From the NCBI GenBank assembly GCA_030704615.1, contig CM060732.1:45260001-45324000 (forward strand): DNA of 64,000 nt, in the 5' to 3' direction. The notes under the pieces were generated by a model that was given only the letters and a program-made list of their open reading frames with translations, did not search any database and was not told where the DNA came from. This DNA is from Takakia lepidozioides (Eukaryota; Plantae; Bryophyta). A program made the position numbers and the translations under genes. How positions within the stretch are numbered: the stretch's first letter is position 1; each line of letters opens with the position of its first letter. This document shows positions 26,801-40,200 of this stretch, piece after piece.

Positions 26801-27452
26801 ACGTTTCCTGGCAACGCATGCCAATATTTAACGCAAACGCATTCTCCGGTTCTTCATATCTACTTGATTCACTGACAGATTGTGTGGACTCTGAGGGAAT
26901 GCTTGAGGTGGACTCTTGCATCTCCTTTGAAGTTGTCGCATCGACATGCTCCTGGCTAGCAGATTCCTCCCTTGTCAAACGGTCGTCTATTAGTGACACA
27001 GGCTCAAGCACTTGCGTCGGATCGTCCGAAGAGGATGAGACATCGACAGAGGACACCGTAAGGCCTGAATCTCCGGCTGCCGAAATCTCCTCGGAACCAA
27101 AGTCATCTGTCTGGCTTGGGGACAACACCGCTGGCAGATCACGTGTCGGTGAGTCAGGCACACCTTGTGCATCTGTGCTCAAAGGATCATCTTGGGGCAA
27201 TTGAGGTCCTTGTACAAGATGAATTGCAAATAGCTCGCTGCTGTGAGGAATTACGAGTGGCGATTCATCAAATCCCGGAGGCGTGCCGGGCAAACGCTTG
27301 GCAGGGAAGGAGTAGGTGTCTTGATCGTCGCCCACGAGCAGCTCCTTGCATTTGATGGGCAGTGCCTCCTCCCCATCCACGCTCTTGGCCGGAGAACTCT
27401 TGTGGGACACTGTTGCAGTCTTCGCACGGCTCTTGCTCAAGCACAATCCCAT
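23818..27452 (-). CDS. Large Ser/Glu/Asp/Pro-rich, probably disordered protein with N-myristoylation/palmitoylation motif MGLCLSK; main exons about 27452-26538, 25983-24640 and 24304-23818; internal small exons unresolved
   Basis: Three long co-oriented minus-strand ORFs (375, 459 and 173 aa) with matching composition and splice-like borders. Gly2 and Cys4 at the start. No recognisable domain. Confidence 0.6.
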
Positions 27453-28829
27453 TTTGGAGCCACACTGCGAAATCCTCCCTGCAGACAACCCAACAAAGAC
27501 TGCAGCAAAATCCTCAAGAAAACCAAAGAGACGATGTCTCCATCTCCTGCAGCGACAGAAATTGTTGCTCACATTTGAATTTCTCCCTCCTCACATCGCA
27601 GCCTGCACGATCGATTGCATCAACGTGGCGTCCCTCGATTGTAGACCAGCGGATCGACTCTCTCTCTCTGTCTGTCTGTGCAGAGCCTCATCCGCAGCGC
27701 TTGAATTTGGGCGCCAAGCATTTCGCACATTTGGAAGCGGTCAGCGCTGAATTCTCACAGGGAGTATCCCCACCACCCCCATTAGTGCCACCGCAGTCAA
27801 TGGCGGGCCTATATATCCCATATCGTTTGCACCAACCTTTCACTCATGTGCCCTATATAAACGGCTATGAGCCACGTATCCGAAAGGGGGAATCAGTTAG
27901 GTACCACCATGAAACCGTACTTACATTGCAATTAGTAGTCTAGTCTAGTAGCGAGATTTCATCCCAGCAGGGGAAGTCACCTTGCTTTCCGGACTTGCCA
28001 AAGGATTGGAAAGCTAAGGTGGTCTTCCTTGTTTGATGTAATCTCTCTACTGGTGCCTAGTGCTAGCGCCATTCTGCATAGAACTCACTCTCAAACTTAG
28101 GGCTGCTTTACACTAGGGCCCATGCCCAAGAAATCCTGGGCCCAATTTCTACCACTCTTGGGCCAACTTCAACGGTCACGATCAAGCAGTCATGATTGCA
28201 CAAAAATAGTTTATTTTAATACCAAATCCCTGTCATCTGGGGCTCCGCCCCTGTGGTGCCTCCATGGCTCAGAAAAGGGGGTTTATTGGCTCCCTTGTAG
28301 AGAGAGATTGCAGAGACATGCAAGTCAATGGATAAAATGTGGTTCTCAGGTTATTGAATGTTTTCTTGAATATACTGAAAATTTGAAATACACATACTCG
28401 GGCAATATTCATATTCCCCCATATGAGATGGACAAAAAAAATATATTGATACCCTACTGATATACGTCCACAATTTTATGTTATTGATACCCCTAATATA
28501 CCCTACCCCGGCCCCCTTACCCCAATACCAGGACCATACCACTATTGGGAAATGTGGGCCCTTGTGATACCAGGACCAGTCTGGTATCATATTTTCGTGA
28601 TACCAGTCCAACATAGGTTTATTTACCCCCTCAACCAGTACTTGGGGCTGGTATTTACTTGGAAACAAAACAAAAAATGAACTAAAATAAAAAAACGCTG
28701 ATCCACAGTATACAACGGTTCCACTATTGATCACAACTCCAAGTTTTGTTTTGGGTTTGTTAAGCTTGAGCTGATCACCAGTAGGAGTGGACCCAGGAAG
28801 CTCTTTGACGAGTGACAATGGATAATAAG

Positions 28830-30490
28830 CCTTGGTCCTGGTCTATATGGATGATATACTGATATACTCGAAGATCGAAGAAGAACACGAACAACATCTA
28901 CGTTTGGTCTTAGGCATATTGAGAGATAACCATCTGTTAGCTAAGAGAAGCAAAATTTGTGAGTTCTTTGTAGACCCTGGGGGGTCACTCCCGGTATTTT
29001 CAAAACCACATGAGAACAAATATATAGTGCAATTTATTTTTTGGGGATAAATTTTAGAAAAGTTTTACTTAGAAAACAAGGTAAGGCAATATCCTTTTAC
29101 CCAATTTTTTTAAAACAATGTCACAAAAAATCCAGAGTTTTACTTAAAAAGTTAATGTAATAAAGGGTTTTATCTATAGTATCATGTATCCATCCTTGAG
29201 AAGTTTCTTATATTTCATCCAGCTCCAATCCATCAAGATGAAATCAGGTAGAGGTCACTTGAAGTTCAAATATGATTCGAGTGATATACAGTGGATTGAT
29301 GTTGATACCATAATCTTAACAGTGACTATGGCATTTGAACCATCTCAAAACTTGTACTCTTTTAGATCCAAGTGATGATGCGGCTTTGATTGAGTTCGTG
29401 GCTAATGAAAATTAAACTTTTTCTTCGGTATGACATTTTCTGTTATATGGAATGCACTTGTTTGCGTACATGCTCTGAAATTTTGCAATTATTTAAAAAG
29501 ACAATTTAAAATATGGTCTAACTAATTGTTGCAAAAAAAAAATTATAAATGGGAGTTAGGAAACAAACGGTTTTACAATATTACCTAAAGATAGGGTGGA
29601 AAAAAATGCAAAATTTTAAAAATATAGCCTAGTATAAATATACCTTTGTACGCACGTGATATGAAAAAAATACATATAGTGATCCCCCCGTGTGTACACC
29701 ACATGGATTACTTGGGGTATTGCATCTCCAAAGATGGAATCTCAATTGATCCCAAGAAAATCCATACATTGGATGAATGGCCTAAGCCAAGTGATAAAAC
29801 TAAGGTCAGGAGCTTTATCGGATTTGCTAGCTTCCTCCGGAAGTTTGTAAGTCTTTTTCTCAAATCGCAGTCCATTAACTGACCTGCTTAAGGACTCAAA
29901 TCCTGTAAGCTTGATCAAAGATGTCTAGACAAAAGAATGTGATATCAACTTTGAGAAATTGAGGTTTGCTTTGACACATGCTTCTGCACTGAAGTTTCTC
30001 GACCCGACTAGGGGAGCAATTGTACTCTGTACTGATGCAAGTAATCTTGCTATTGGGGCTGTGTTGATGCAAGATGGGCAAGTGATTGCCTATGAATCTC
30101 GGAAGATTAGTCCAACAAAAAAGAACTATCCAACTCATGAAAATGAATTGTTGGCAATAGTTCATGCTTTGAAAATATGGTGGCATTACTTGCTTCCAGT
30201 TGATTTTGTGATAGAGACTGATCATCAGAGTTTGAAATATTTGACCACGCAACCTCATTTGAGCCAGAGGCAGATTAGGTGGTTAGAATTACTTCAACAA
30301 TTCCATTATGACTTGAAGTATGTTAAAGGAAGAGAAAACCTGATTGCTGATGCACTTTCTAGGAGACCATTACAAGCTAATGTTGTCTCATGTATCAGTA
30401 GCACTATATTTCAGGACATTAAGGGTCAGTATGAGATCGATAGATTTTTCAAAGAACCATTTGAGAATTTGTCTCGTGAGCAGATGACTT
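28830..30490 (+). mobile_element. Degenerate Ty3/gypsy pol fragment (RT-RNase H), a different family from the chromovirus
   Basis: [77 protein letters not shown]. Split by an insertion at 28976-29691. Confidence 0.9.
28976..29691 (+). mobile_element. Non-autonomous TIR DNA transposon, related to the element at 54083-57656
   Basis: Ends cctggggggtcact / agtgatccccccg with a degenerate TSD (ttgtagac/gtgtacac). Removing it restores RT F-V-D-H-M-D-Y-L-G. It shares the subterminal motif cgcacgtgata and carries a protein C-terminus remnant at 29220-29415. Confidence 0.75.
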
Positions 30491-33400
30491 CCATTAAGAA
30501 AAATATCGGCCATTGCAATTGTGGTGTTTATACCGATATTGTTCATACCACATATTTTTCTCATAATTGTATCTTATTATAAACACCATAATTTACTTAC
30601 TTTGGCATGAGTCCATTTGGTGTATTTTTGTAATTGGTTGAACAGTGACCCCTCTTTTAGATAATATTTTCGGCAAGTATCTTTGGACTAGAGCCGTCAC
30701 ATACTCACTACTGCATTTGGGGGGATTGGGTTTTGCGACACCCCAACGACCTCCCCGCGCCGCGATTTGCGACAGACGTTGTCGCGCACCTCACTTCGGT
30801 AAGCTCCCCTTCAAGTCATAGTTACTCGATTTGATGCGCGCGCCTAACTCCCAATCTGACCGCCGGGCCTTCTTGGAGCTTCGGCTGCTCACCGGGACAT
30901 AACGGTCCCCCTTTACTCTTCCAAAAGACCCTCCACCAATTTGGCCCTAGTGGAAATTTCCTTTGATAGATGGCAGTCCGGAATAGCTCCCCACTCCTTG
31001 GTCGCTTTCCGGCTCACTCGCTTACTCACTAGTTTTTGGTCACCAACGGGCTTGCACCGTTCTCGGGGTTATTACTCCCTATATATATTTCTGTGACTGT
31101 CCGCGGGGGTTTCACAAACAACCATGCCATTTTATGGCGAATCACCACGAAGACCCTCGACTCCCGGTGATGAGTCGCGGTGAGTCTTGGCCCACCCACC
31201 ACGGCCCCATTGGACCGTGATGAGTCCCAAGACTCCCCACGACTCCCACCACAAGGTCTCCGCCCCATGGTGAGTCCTATGCCACCCCCACTAAGTCCCA
31301 CTAAGCTACCACCGCCCCTTGTGGAGCCACCCCCACCGCAACCCGGTGTGCGGGGCTCCACCTAGTGAGCGCCTCCGCCTCCTTGAGTGCCTTGGGCACT
31401 CAAGGGTGCTTCAGCCCCCCGTACCTATCGTTGTCACTGCCCCCACCACAAGGGCAGCCCCTCCTGCGTCCCGACCCCCTGCCGTGAAGGCAAAGGGCCG
31501 CGACACACACCCCTACCAACAGGGAGTCGATGTCCTCATCGACTTGTCCATTTTGTAGAAACAAACATCCAAGTTGTGGCGTCCAACATCAAGGAGTTTG
31601 TTTCCGTACCATGGCGTCCCATGGCAAAGAACCAAACCCCACACTTGACTCTACTCTCTATTAGCTAGTTCGGCCGACTACCTCCAAGTCCTGGCCAAGG
31701 GTGGAACCTCTTAAGCCCCACCCAGTGCATTCTTCTTGGCCTACTTCAAGGCCAAGGAACGATCCTCCCGAGGATCGAATCGCCTTACTGCAACAACATT
31801 GCTTGCGTCCGCTCATGATGCCGCTTTTGGCATCACCTTGAGCAAGGGTTCACCTTTTGAACCCTTTTTGACTAGGAAGATAACCTTGAACCAACCGTGC
31901 GCCCCAATCATTACAATTGGGTCCGCCTTGGAATGCTGGCCTGAGGTACGGGAACACGCCGAAGCCGCACTACGACTTCGTCCCGAGGATACACGATTAT
32001 AGTACGTGAACGGAAGCACGTAGCTTCCGCGTTAGCCTGCACTACAAAGCAACCCCCTCAGTAGCGCAGTTATAGTACGCGTACGCGCCAGGTGCGCACT
32101 AGCACGTGAACTCCCAAAGAAGACGCAAGTTTCCTTGCCCCTTGGATGGGAGTCACCCGATTTCGGCACTACGCAAACACACGATTAATCCAATTTACCT
32201 CTCCCACTTTTGTAAGCTAGCATGCTTTCTACACACTAGCCAACCATACCATGCATCACCATTCCAAACAAAATAGGAGGCGCAACATTTGGAAACCATT
32301 TCATTTATAACAAAATTTGTACAACACAAGTTTTTGCAATTGGATTCCTGAGCTAGCTAAGCCGGGCTAAGCATGCATTTCCTCCCCCACGATCCAAGGT
32401 TGATGTCCCCATCAATGCTTCTTCCGCTTTTGAGGTCACCATTCGAAAGCTACAACCGCCTCGGATGCGTTTCCCATTTCTGAGGCACGCACCCAAGATG
32501 TCTCCACATGATGATAGCCCTTCCATTTCACGAGATACTCCGTTTCTCGATTCTTGAACCTCCTCGACTTAAGCACTGCCTCCACCTCGTACTCAGGTTC
32601 ATTTTCATGATCCAACAGCACAGGTGGCGGACGTAACACTTGATGCCGATTCGGACGCGCTTCATCTTTGAAGTAAGGCTTCAAAAAAGAGACGTGGAAT
32701 ACCGGATGCACCTTACTGTTTGCCGGCAGCTCCAATTCATACACATCCTCATTCATAACCTTCCGGATGCGAGGTACAAACTTCGGACTCACTTCCGGAG
32801 GTAGTTGGAAATTCTTGATGTTCAACCAGACCTCCGTGCTTGCCTCAAACTCAACTTCCCTCCGCTTCCAATTCGTCTGCCTTTCATATCGTTTCCTAGC
32901 TTTGGCAATGTTGTACTTTGCGAGCTTCAACAAACGCTCGCGTTCTTCCAGTACCGCCGTTGATGCCGGTTCCTCAACGTCCTGGGCGGCCCAACTTGTC
33001 GGCACTAGAGGTGCTTTTCCATAGACCAATACGAAAGGGGAAACTCCCGTTGCGGAGTGTTTTGTGTTATTATAACAGAACTCCGCCGCATCCAAGTGCT
33101 CCACCCAGTCTGATTGGTCTGCCGACACGTAATTCCGCAAGATCTGCTTTACTGCTTCACTCTTTCCGTTTGGCCGTCCATCGTAGGTCGGAAGGCGGTG
33201 CTCATCTTGAGCCTCGTCCCCATCTTCTTCCAAAGTGCCATCCAAAATTTACTTGTAAACTTTGGATCGCGGTCCAAGACAATATCCTTTGGGAGTCCAT
33301 GATGCTTGAAGACGTGGGCGAAGTAAAGTCATCCCGTCTCCTGCGCCGTTGTCGTCTCCTTGGTGGGGATGAAATGGCTCATTTTACTGAACCTATCCAC

Positions 33401-36400
33401 CACCACCATGATCGCATCGAATCCTTTTGACAGCGGCATAGCAGTCATGAAATCCATCGAGACACTTGCCCAAGACCCCTTTGGAATCGGCAAAGGTTGT
33501 AACAGCCCCGCTTGCTTTTTGTATTCGCTCCGGTTTTGTTGGCATGTGGTGCATGTCTTGACATATTCCTCGGCCTCCTCCCTCAATTGGGGCCAGAATA
33601 CTCTTTCTTCAAGAGTGCCGCGGTGCGCTTGTCTTCGCCATGGCCCGCAAGCGGGCCATCATGGCATTCTCTCAAGAGACTATCTCTGATCCCTCCCTTC
33701 GGCACGTAGAGATGCTTTTGCTTGTGCCGGAGCAGTCCATTTTGCAAGTGGAACTGCGATTTCACCCCCATCCTCAAGTCCCGCATCACGGACTTCGCCA
33801 TCTCATCCTTCTGGTAAGCCTTCCGAATCTTTCTTTGGAGCGCCGTCTCGCCCCTGTACACCAACATGAGCTGTTGCTTTCTACTTAAGGCATCGGCCAC
33901 CACATTGTCCCGTCCCGGTTTATACTGGATATCCACTTCGCCAAAGTGGCCAAATGTCTTGGCCACCGTGACAGTTCACCGGGTTGGAACCAACATAGTG
34001 GCGCCAAAGCTCAAGGTAATGAACCACCGCCTTCATCTATTTCTCGTGTGTCGGCCACCGTCGTTCCACTTCATTCAGTTTCTTACTTTCGTAAGCCACT
34101 GGACGTCCATCTTGCATAAGTACACCCCCGATCGCGAAGTCCGACGCATCTGTATGAATCTCAAACGGACTGTCAAACTCCGGGATTTTCAAGACTGGAG
34201 CTTCCGCCATCCGTTGCTTCAACTCGGCAAAAGTTTGGCCACTGTGTTCCATACCCATACCTTGGATTTACACAGAAGGTCTGACAGCGGCCCTGCGATC
34301 TTGGCGAAATTTCTCACATATTTTCGGTAATAAGAGGCGAGTCCTAGGAAGGAGATCGCACTCCCGGGACCAAAGTCGGAGGCTCCCAATCCAAGATCGC
34401 CCTCACCTTTCTGTCATCCATTTTGATCCCTTCCTGTGTAATCACATGCCCTAGGAACTCCACTTTTGTGACCCCGAATTCGCATTTTGAAGCTTTGGCA
34501 TACAGCTGTCATTCCCGCAATTTCTGGAACACTCTTTTGAGGTGCTCCAGGTGCTCCTCATTTGTTTTCGAGTACACCAAGATGTCGTCGATGTACACGA
34601 TCACAAAGTCATCCAGCCACTCCTGGAAAAGGCTGTTCATCAGCGTGCTAAAGGTCGCGGGTGCGTTGGTAAGCCCAAAAGGCATCACCGAGAACTCATA
34701 TGAACCATACCTTATCATGCACGCGGTCTTCTCCTCATCTCCTTCCGCCACTCGAATTTGATGATAGTCAGAGCGCAAATTGATCCGGCTGAAATACTTC
34801 GCTCCTGCCAACCGATCGAAAAGGTCGTCGATCTTTGGCAAAGGGTACCGGTTTTTGATAGTCACATATTCAACGCCCTGTAATCGACACACATCCGCAG
34901 CGTCCCATCCTTCTTGTCTGCGAATAGCACCGGGGCTCCGTGACTTACTCGGCCGGTTGACATTAGATCCTTGAACTGAGTCTTGAGCTCGACCAAGTCT
35001 CTGTGGCTCAACCCGTAGGGCGCCTTGGCAGGTGGCTCCGATCCCGGTATCACCTCAATCTTGTGGTCAACTCCCCTTCGCGGTGGCAAACCGCTTGGTA
35101 AATCCTCCTGCATCACATCCTGGTATTTCTCCAAGATCCACTTGATCCAATCTGGGCTCGGCTCCCCATCGTCTTCTTCTTTCACTTGTCTTACGTAAAG
35201 CAAAAAAGTGGGGCTCGTGTGGTTCCTCCACGGCTCACTTCCTTGCTGACAAAAGGTTTATTCGCCTTCCCACGGGTTTGGGCGTTTTCGACACTCGTAA
35301 AACTTTGCCACCATTCCCACACGGCAACGTGACTACTCTCTTGCAGCCATCTATGGCCGCTCCGGATTTGCTTAAAAAGGTCATCCCCAAAATGAGATCC
35401 AGTCCATCGATCTCGCAAATGGTGAAGTTCTCATGTCCCTCCCAACTCCCCAGTTGAAGAGGACATCGAACACCAACCTCGTCGCCAATTATGGTTCTCT
35501 TTTGGCAGAACCCACCTCAATAGAGACCCCCACGTCACTTGTCGGGAGCCCCAGCTTTCGCGCCGTTGCCGGTGTCATGAAGGAGTGCGACGCTCTTGTG
35601 TCCATCAACAACGACACGTTAGTTCCGGAAATTATCTCATCCACCAACATTAATTGACTTCCTTTACGCAAGGCGCCAGTTTCCTGATACAACTCACAAG
35701 AGTAGTTGCCTACCTTGCAAGTCTTGGCGACCACTGCCTCCACCAAACGGCTGATTGAATCTTCAGACAGCTCCGTGGCCGCCCGAGTCATGTTCAATTG
35801 TCGGTTGGGTTGCACTTCCTTTGGCCATGTGTCCGGATCCCCGACAATTGAAGCACAATCTATCAAAGGTCGTATTATGTCTGCGTAAGCCACCGCACCT
35901 GCTTTTATTTCGGAGCACCGAGTGCCGCCTTGACGGTGAAGGCCACTCTTCGATTCCACGTGCCATTGTCACCGCGTGGCCTATCCCACTTCTTTTCTGG
36001 TCGAAATGAGTCACCATCCCACCGGGCCTTCTTGTGGTTCAGCTCCGTACGGCCTTGTCTTTCGCGCCTAGGGACATCCGAGAAACATTCAGCCATCTCA
36101 ATTGCCTCGTTTAAAGTCTTAGGTGGCTTCTCCTCCAACTTCCGCCTGGCCAATGGGCTAGTCCCGCCACAAAGTTGACGACCATTTCTGGTTTGCCATG
36201 TCCGCGACTTCGAGCAACAACACATTGAAAGCCTGAACATATCCCCGAATGTCATTCGTTTGTTTCAAATTCCTCATCTTGTCTCGGGCGAACCAGAACA
36301 CGTTGAGAGGCACAAACTGTCTCTTCATAAGTTCATTGAACCCACTCCAGTTCAAGGTTTCCGGATTTGGACCTCGGTCGTGAAGGCGTTTCTGCCACCA

Positions 36401-36789
36401 TTGTTAAGCATAGCCCCTCAAATAGGTGGAAGCCACTTCCACCCGATCCTCGTCACTCAACTTGCACTACAACACACCCTATGTAATTTCGACGATTTAG
36501 TTTGACACTGGCGTTGACTGTTGTCACTTTCGACTGTTCCAACCATTTTGCAGTCAAAATTTATATTAAAATATTCGAGGTGCTAGACAACCGCAAAATT
36601 TTTGACTCTAGTGAGTTGACTACCTAAAATGAGCTGACTGAGACAACCAGTTAAGCAATGGCATGTGTAATCACAATATATAAACTATATATAGCAATAT
36701 ATATGTGGATAATAAGAAGTAGAAATATTTAACTATTTTTCACTGACCCAGGCACATTAATAGTAAACTAATCATGTGCTGGTTAAGGT

Positions 36790-37030
36790 TAGTGAAACAA
36801 AACAACTGAATTATCTGAACGAATGATAAACAAACGCCTTGCTGGCAGCTATTGGATGAACGTATGAAAAGTTAGTGAAACATAACAACTGAATTATCTG
36901 AACGAATGATAAACAAACGTCTTGCTGGCAGCTGTTGGATGAACATATGAAATATAATTTGTGTGCACTGGATGAACGTATGAATGAACGATAAAGCAAA
37001 CGCCTTGCTGGCAACTATTGGATGAACGGA
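36790..37030 (+). repeat. Tandem repeat, about 80-bp unit, 2-3 degenerate copies
   Basis: aactgaattatctgaacgaatgataaacaaacg(c/t)cttgctggcagct(a/g)ttggatgaac recurs. Confidence 0.8.
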
Positions 37031-37214
37031 AAATTAAATGGATGGATGGATAGATTGATGGAAAACCCAAAATCCATCCATCTACGATACATTCATCCAA
37101 ATAATTCAAAATGGATTTAGGGTTGCGGGATTGCGTTCAGCGATGAGTAAGTTATGGGACTTGATCGTTTTGCTGTGTTGGCGTGGGAGGATCTGCAGGA
37201 TATGCAATAGCTTG

Positions 37215-40200
37215 GGTGGACAACCGCAATCGCAAGGAGTGGCTTTTCTTAATGTACGATGTGAAGATGTTTGTCCATCCTGCAAATGTGGGCTCTTAGT
37301 ACCATGATTTGGTATTCTTCCTGATGTTTACAAGGTTCTTGGGAGAGTCGGCTTGGTCTTAGCAGGCCGTGTTTCAATCTCTGCCCGCTCAGCTGCATCG
37401 TGGTGGTTCTCGCAGACCAATCCTCTCGCAGACCAATCCGACATTACCTGACTACAGACACAAGCAGCACACACAAGAGGTGGTCAGTCAATCCTCGATG
37501 GGTCATGACACAAGGTCGAGGACAATATGGTGAGGGCACTTCTTCGACGTCTTTCAGCCTGTTTTGCCCGCTCAGCAGACTCGGCCCTGAATTTGCAGCA
37601 CGGAGCAGAGCAGGCATGAATTTTGTAAATATCCTTCACGATGGTGCGACAACCGCAATCGCAAGGTGTGGCTTTTTCTTAATGTACGAAGAAGTTTGTC
37701 CATCATGTAAATGCGGGCTGTTGGCTCCTGTTAGTACCATGATTTGGTCCTGATGTTTACAAGGTTCTTGGGAGAGAGCTTGGTCTTAGCAGGTCGTGTT
37801 TCAATCTCTGCTCAGCTGCACCGTGGTTTGTGAGAACCGTGGTTGTTCTCACAAACCAATCCGACAGTTCCTGACGATGGACACAAGCAGCACACACAAG
37901 AGGATCTTTGGGTTGATGGTCTGTCAAATCCTCCATGGGTCATGACACAAGGTCAAGGTCGACAATGTGGTGAGGGCACCTTCTTCTTCAACCTATTTCT
38001 GCCTGTTTTACCCTCTCATCAGACTCGGCCCTGAGATGCATATTGAATTCTGTAAGTTAGCTCTTTGGGTGGATCTGTGGTGGTTAGGAGTGACTTTGAC
38101 AAGTTACTGCCGATGTGGCAGCAGGAAAGTATCCAAAAACAGATAACATAGATTAGGAGAAGCTCGTTGGTGGATCTATGGTGGTTTTGGAGTGATTTTG
38201 ACATGTTACTGTAGGTAGGGTTAGGGCTTCAGTGTCAGCTGCTAGCTGCAGCAAGGCAAGGATGTGTGCATGATTTGTGCAGAGGTCTGGATAGCTGAAG
38301 GAGCAGGGATAGAGTGTGGGTCCAGATTCATCCAAGAGGGCCGAATTTCAAGCTCCAGATTACCTATGATTCCCTGTGGAAGGATAGCTACACGAAACCT
38401 GCATGGGTAGATGGTGAACTGGAAGCCACAGCACCAGCGGCTCAATTGATAAATCAAGCACTGCTAATGAAGGTACCTTCTTCAACACATTTCATCACCC
38501 TGTTTTTTCCCTCTTATCAGAATTGGCCCTAAATTTTCATGTTGAATTCTGATACTTTTCTGACCCCAGGCAATGGGGGGACAATCGAGGCAAAAAGGTG
38601 AATGCTTGTTGGATTACAAAGAGTAGCAGATGCAATTGACCATAGGAACCAGTGTGATAAGTTGAGTTAGGTGTTTCCTAGAACAAATCTAGGCTGTCAT
38701 TGTCAGGTGCTAGCAGCAAGGCAAGGATGCAGTATGCATGATTTGTTCAGAGGCATGGATAGCTGAAGGAGCAGGGATAGAGTGTGGGTCCAGGTTCATC
38801 CAAGAGGGCTGGACTTCAAGCTCCAGATTACCTATGATTCCATGTGATCAATAGCTACAAGAAACCTGCATGGGTAGATGGTCAAGTAAAGGTAGCAGCT
38901 GCAGCGGCACAGTTGATAAAATCAAGCACCTCAACCATGACCACAGCTTCTGAAAGAGGATCAAGAGAGGGAGTCCACAATGCCTCTTCTGCTGGGCATG
39001 TGAAGATGCTTTGTGAGGCAGGCAGACTGACAGAGGCTCTACAACTTTAAACTAACAAGGCATTTCAGCAGATTCAGATAGGTCTTCTGTCTCTTGCTTA
39101 AGTGCATCAAGATGAAAGGTCTGGAAGCTGGAAACAGGTGCACACTCATATTATCCAAAGTGATTGACGCCAAATTTTTTTCTACTCAACTACCTTGTCA
39201 ACATGTATGTTAAGTGTGGGAGCATCATGGATGCTCACCAGGTTTTTCCACAGAATGCCTCGACCATCTTTGATCACGTGGAATATAATGTTGGCAGGAT
39301 TTACCAAGCATGGATGTGGTAGGAATGCTTTGGAGACCTATGAAAATGTTGCACATCACATTCGTTTGTGTTTTGCAATTCGTGTGCAAGCCTGGGAGCC
39401 CTGGAAAGGGGAAAGAGGTCCATGATGACATCGTGAAAGCTGGAATTGTACCAGATGTGATTCTGAACAACACCCTCGGGGATATACATGTCAAATGTGG
39501 GCATTGAGGACGTGGAGGGAGTGTTCAACAATATGGCTGAACGAGATTTGGTGTCATGGAACGCCATGCTTGCAGGGTATGCACTACAGGGGGGCGGGAT
39601 GGAGGCCTTGGAGACCTATGAGCAATGATGGTGGAAGGGGGTGAAGCGCAACCACATCGCGTTTGTGTGCGTTTGCAGTGCGTGTGCAAGCCTGGCAGCC
39701 CTGGAAAAGGGCAAAGAGGTGCATGGTTGCATCGCCAAAGCTAGAATTGTACCAGATGTGATTTTGAACCATACCCTCGTGGACATGTATGCCAAATGTG
39801 GGTGCATTGAGCATGCGTAGGGAGTGTGCAACTATTTGAAGGAAATGCAAAAGAATGGCTTGAAGCCGGACAGTCTCACCTTTATATGTGTTCTCTCTGC
39901 ATGCAGCCACACTGGCCTACTGAATGAAGGAAATCAAGATCATGGTGTCACTCCGACAGTAAAGCACTTTGGCTGTATGGTGGACCTTCTTGGACGTGCG
40001 GGACAACTGGATGAGGCAGTGGATCTGATTAATAAGATGCCAATCAATCCAGATCTTGTGGTGTGGAAGGCCGTGCTTGGTGCCTGCAGAATCCATGGCA
40101 ATGTGGAGATGGCTAAACGTGCGGCAACATCTATCCTCAAATGGGATGAACAGGATGCCGTGACTTATGTGTTGGTATCAAACATGTATGCTGCAGCTGG

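Noticed and set aside
31180-31365. Pro-rich 61-aa ORF in each LTR as an extensin-like gene
   Set aside because: It has a GTG start, lies wholly in the LTR, and coincides with the predicted antisense intron.
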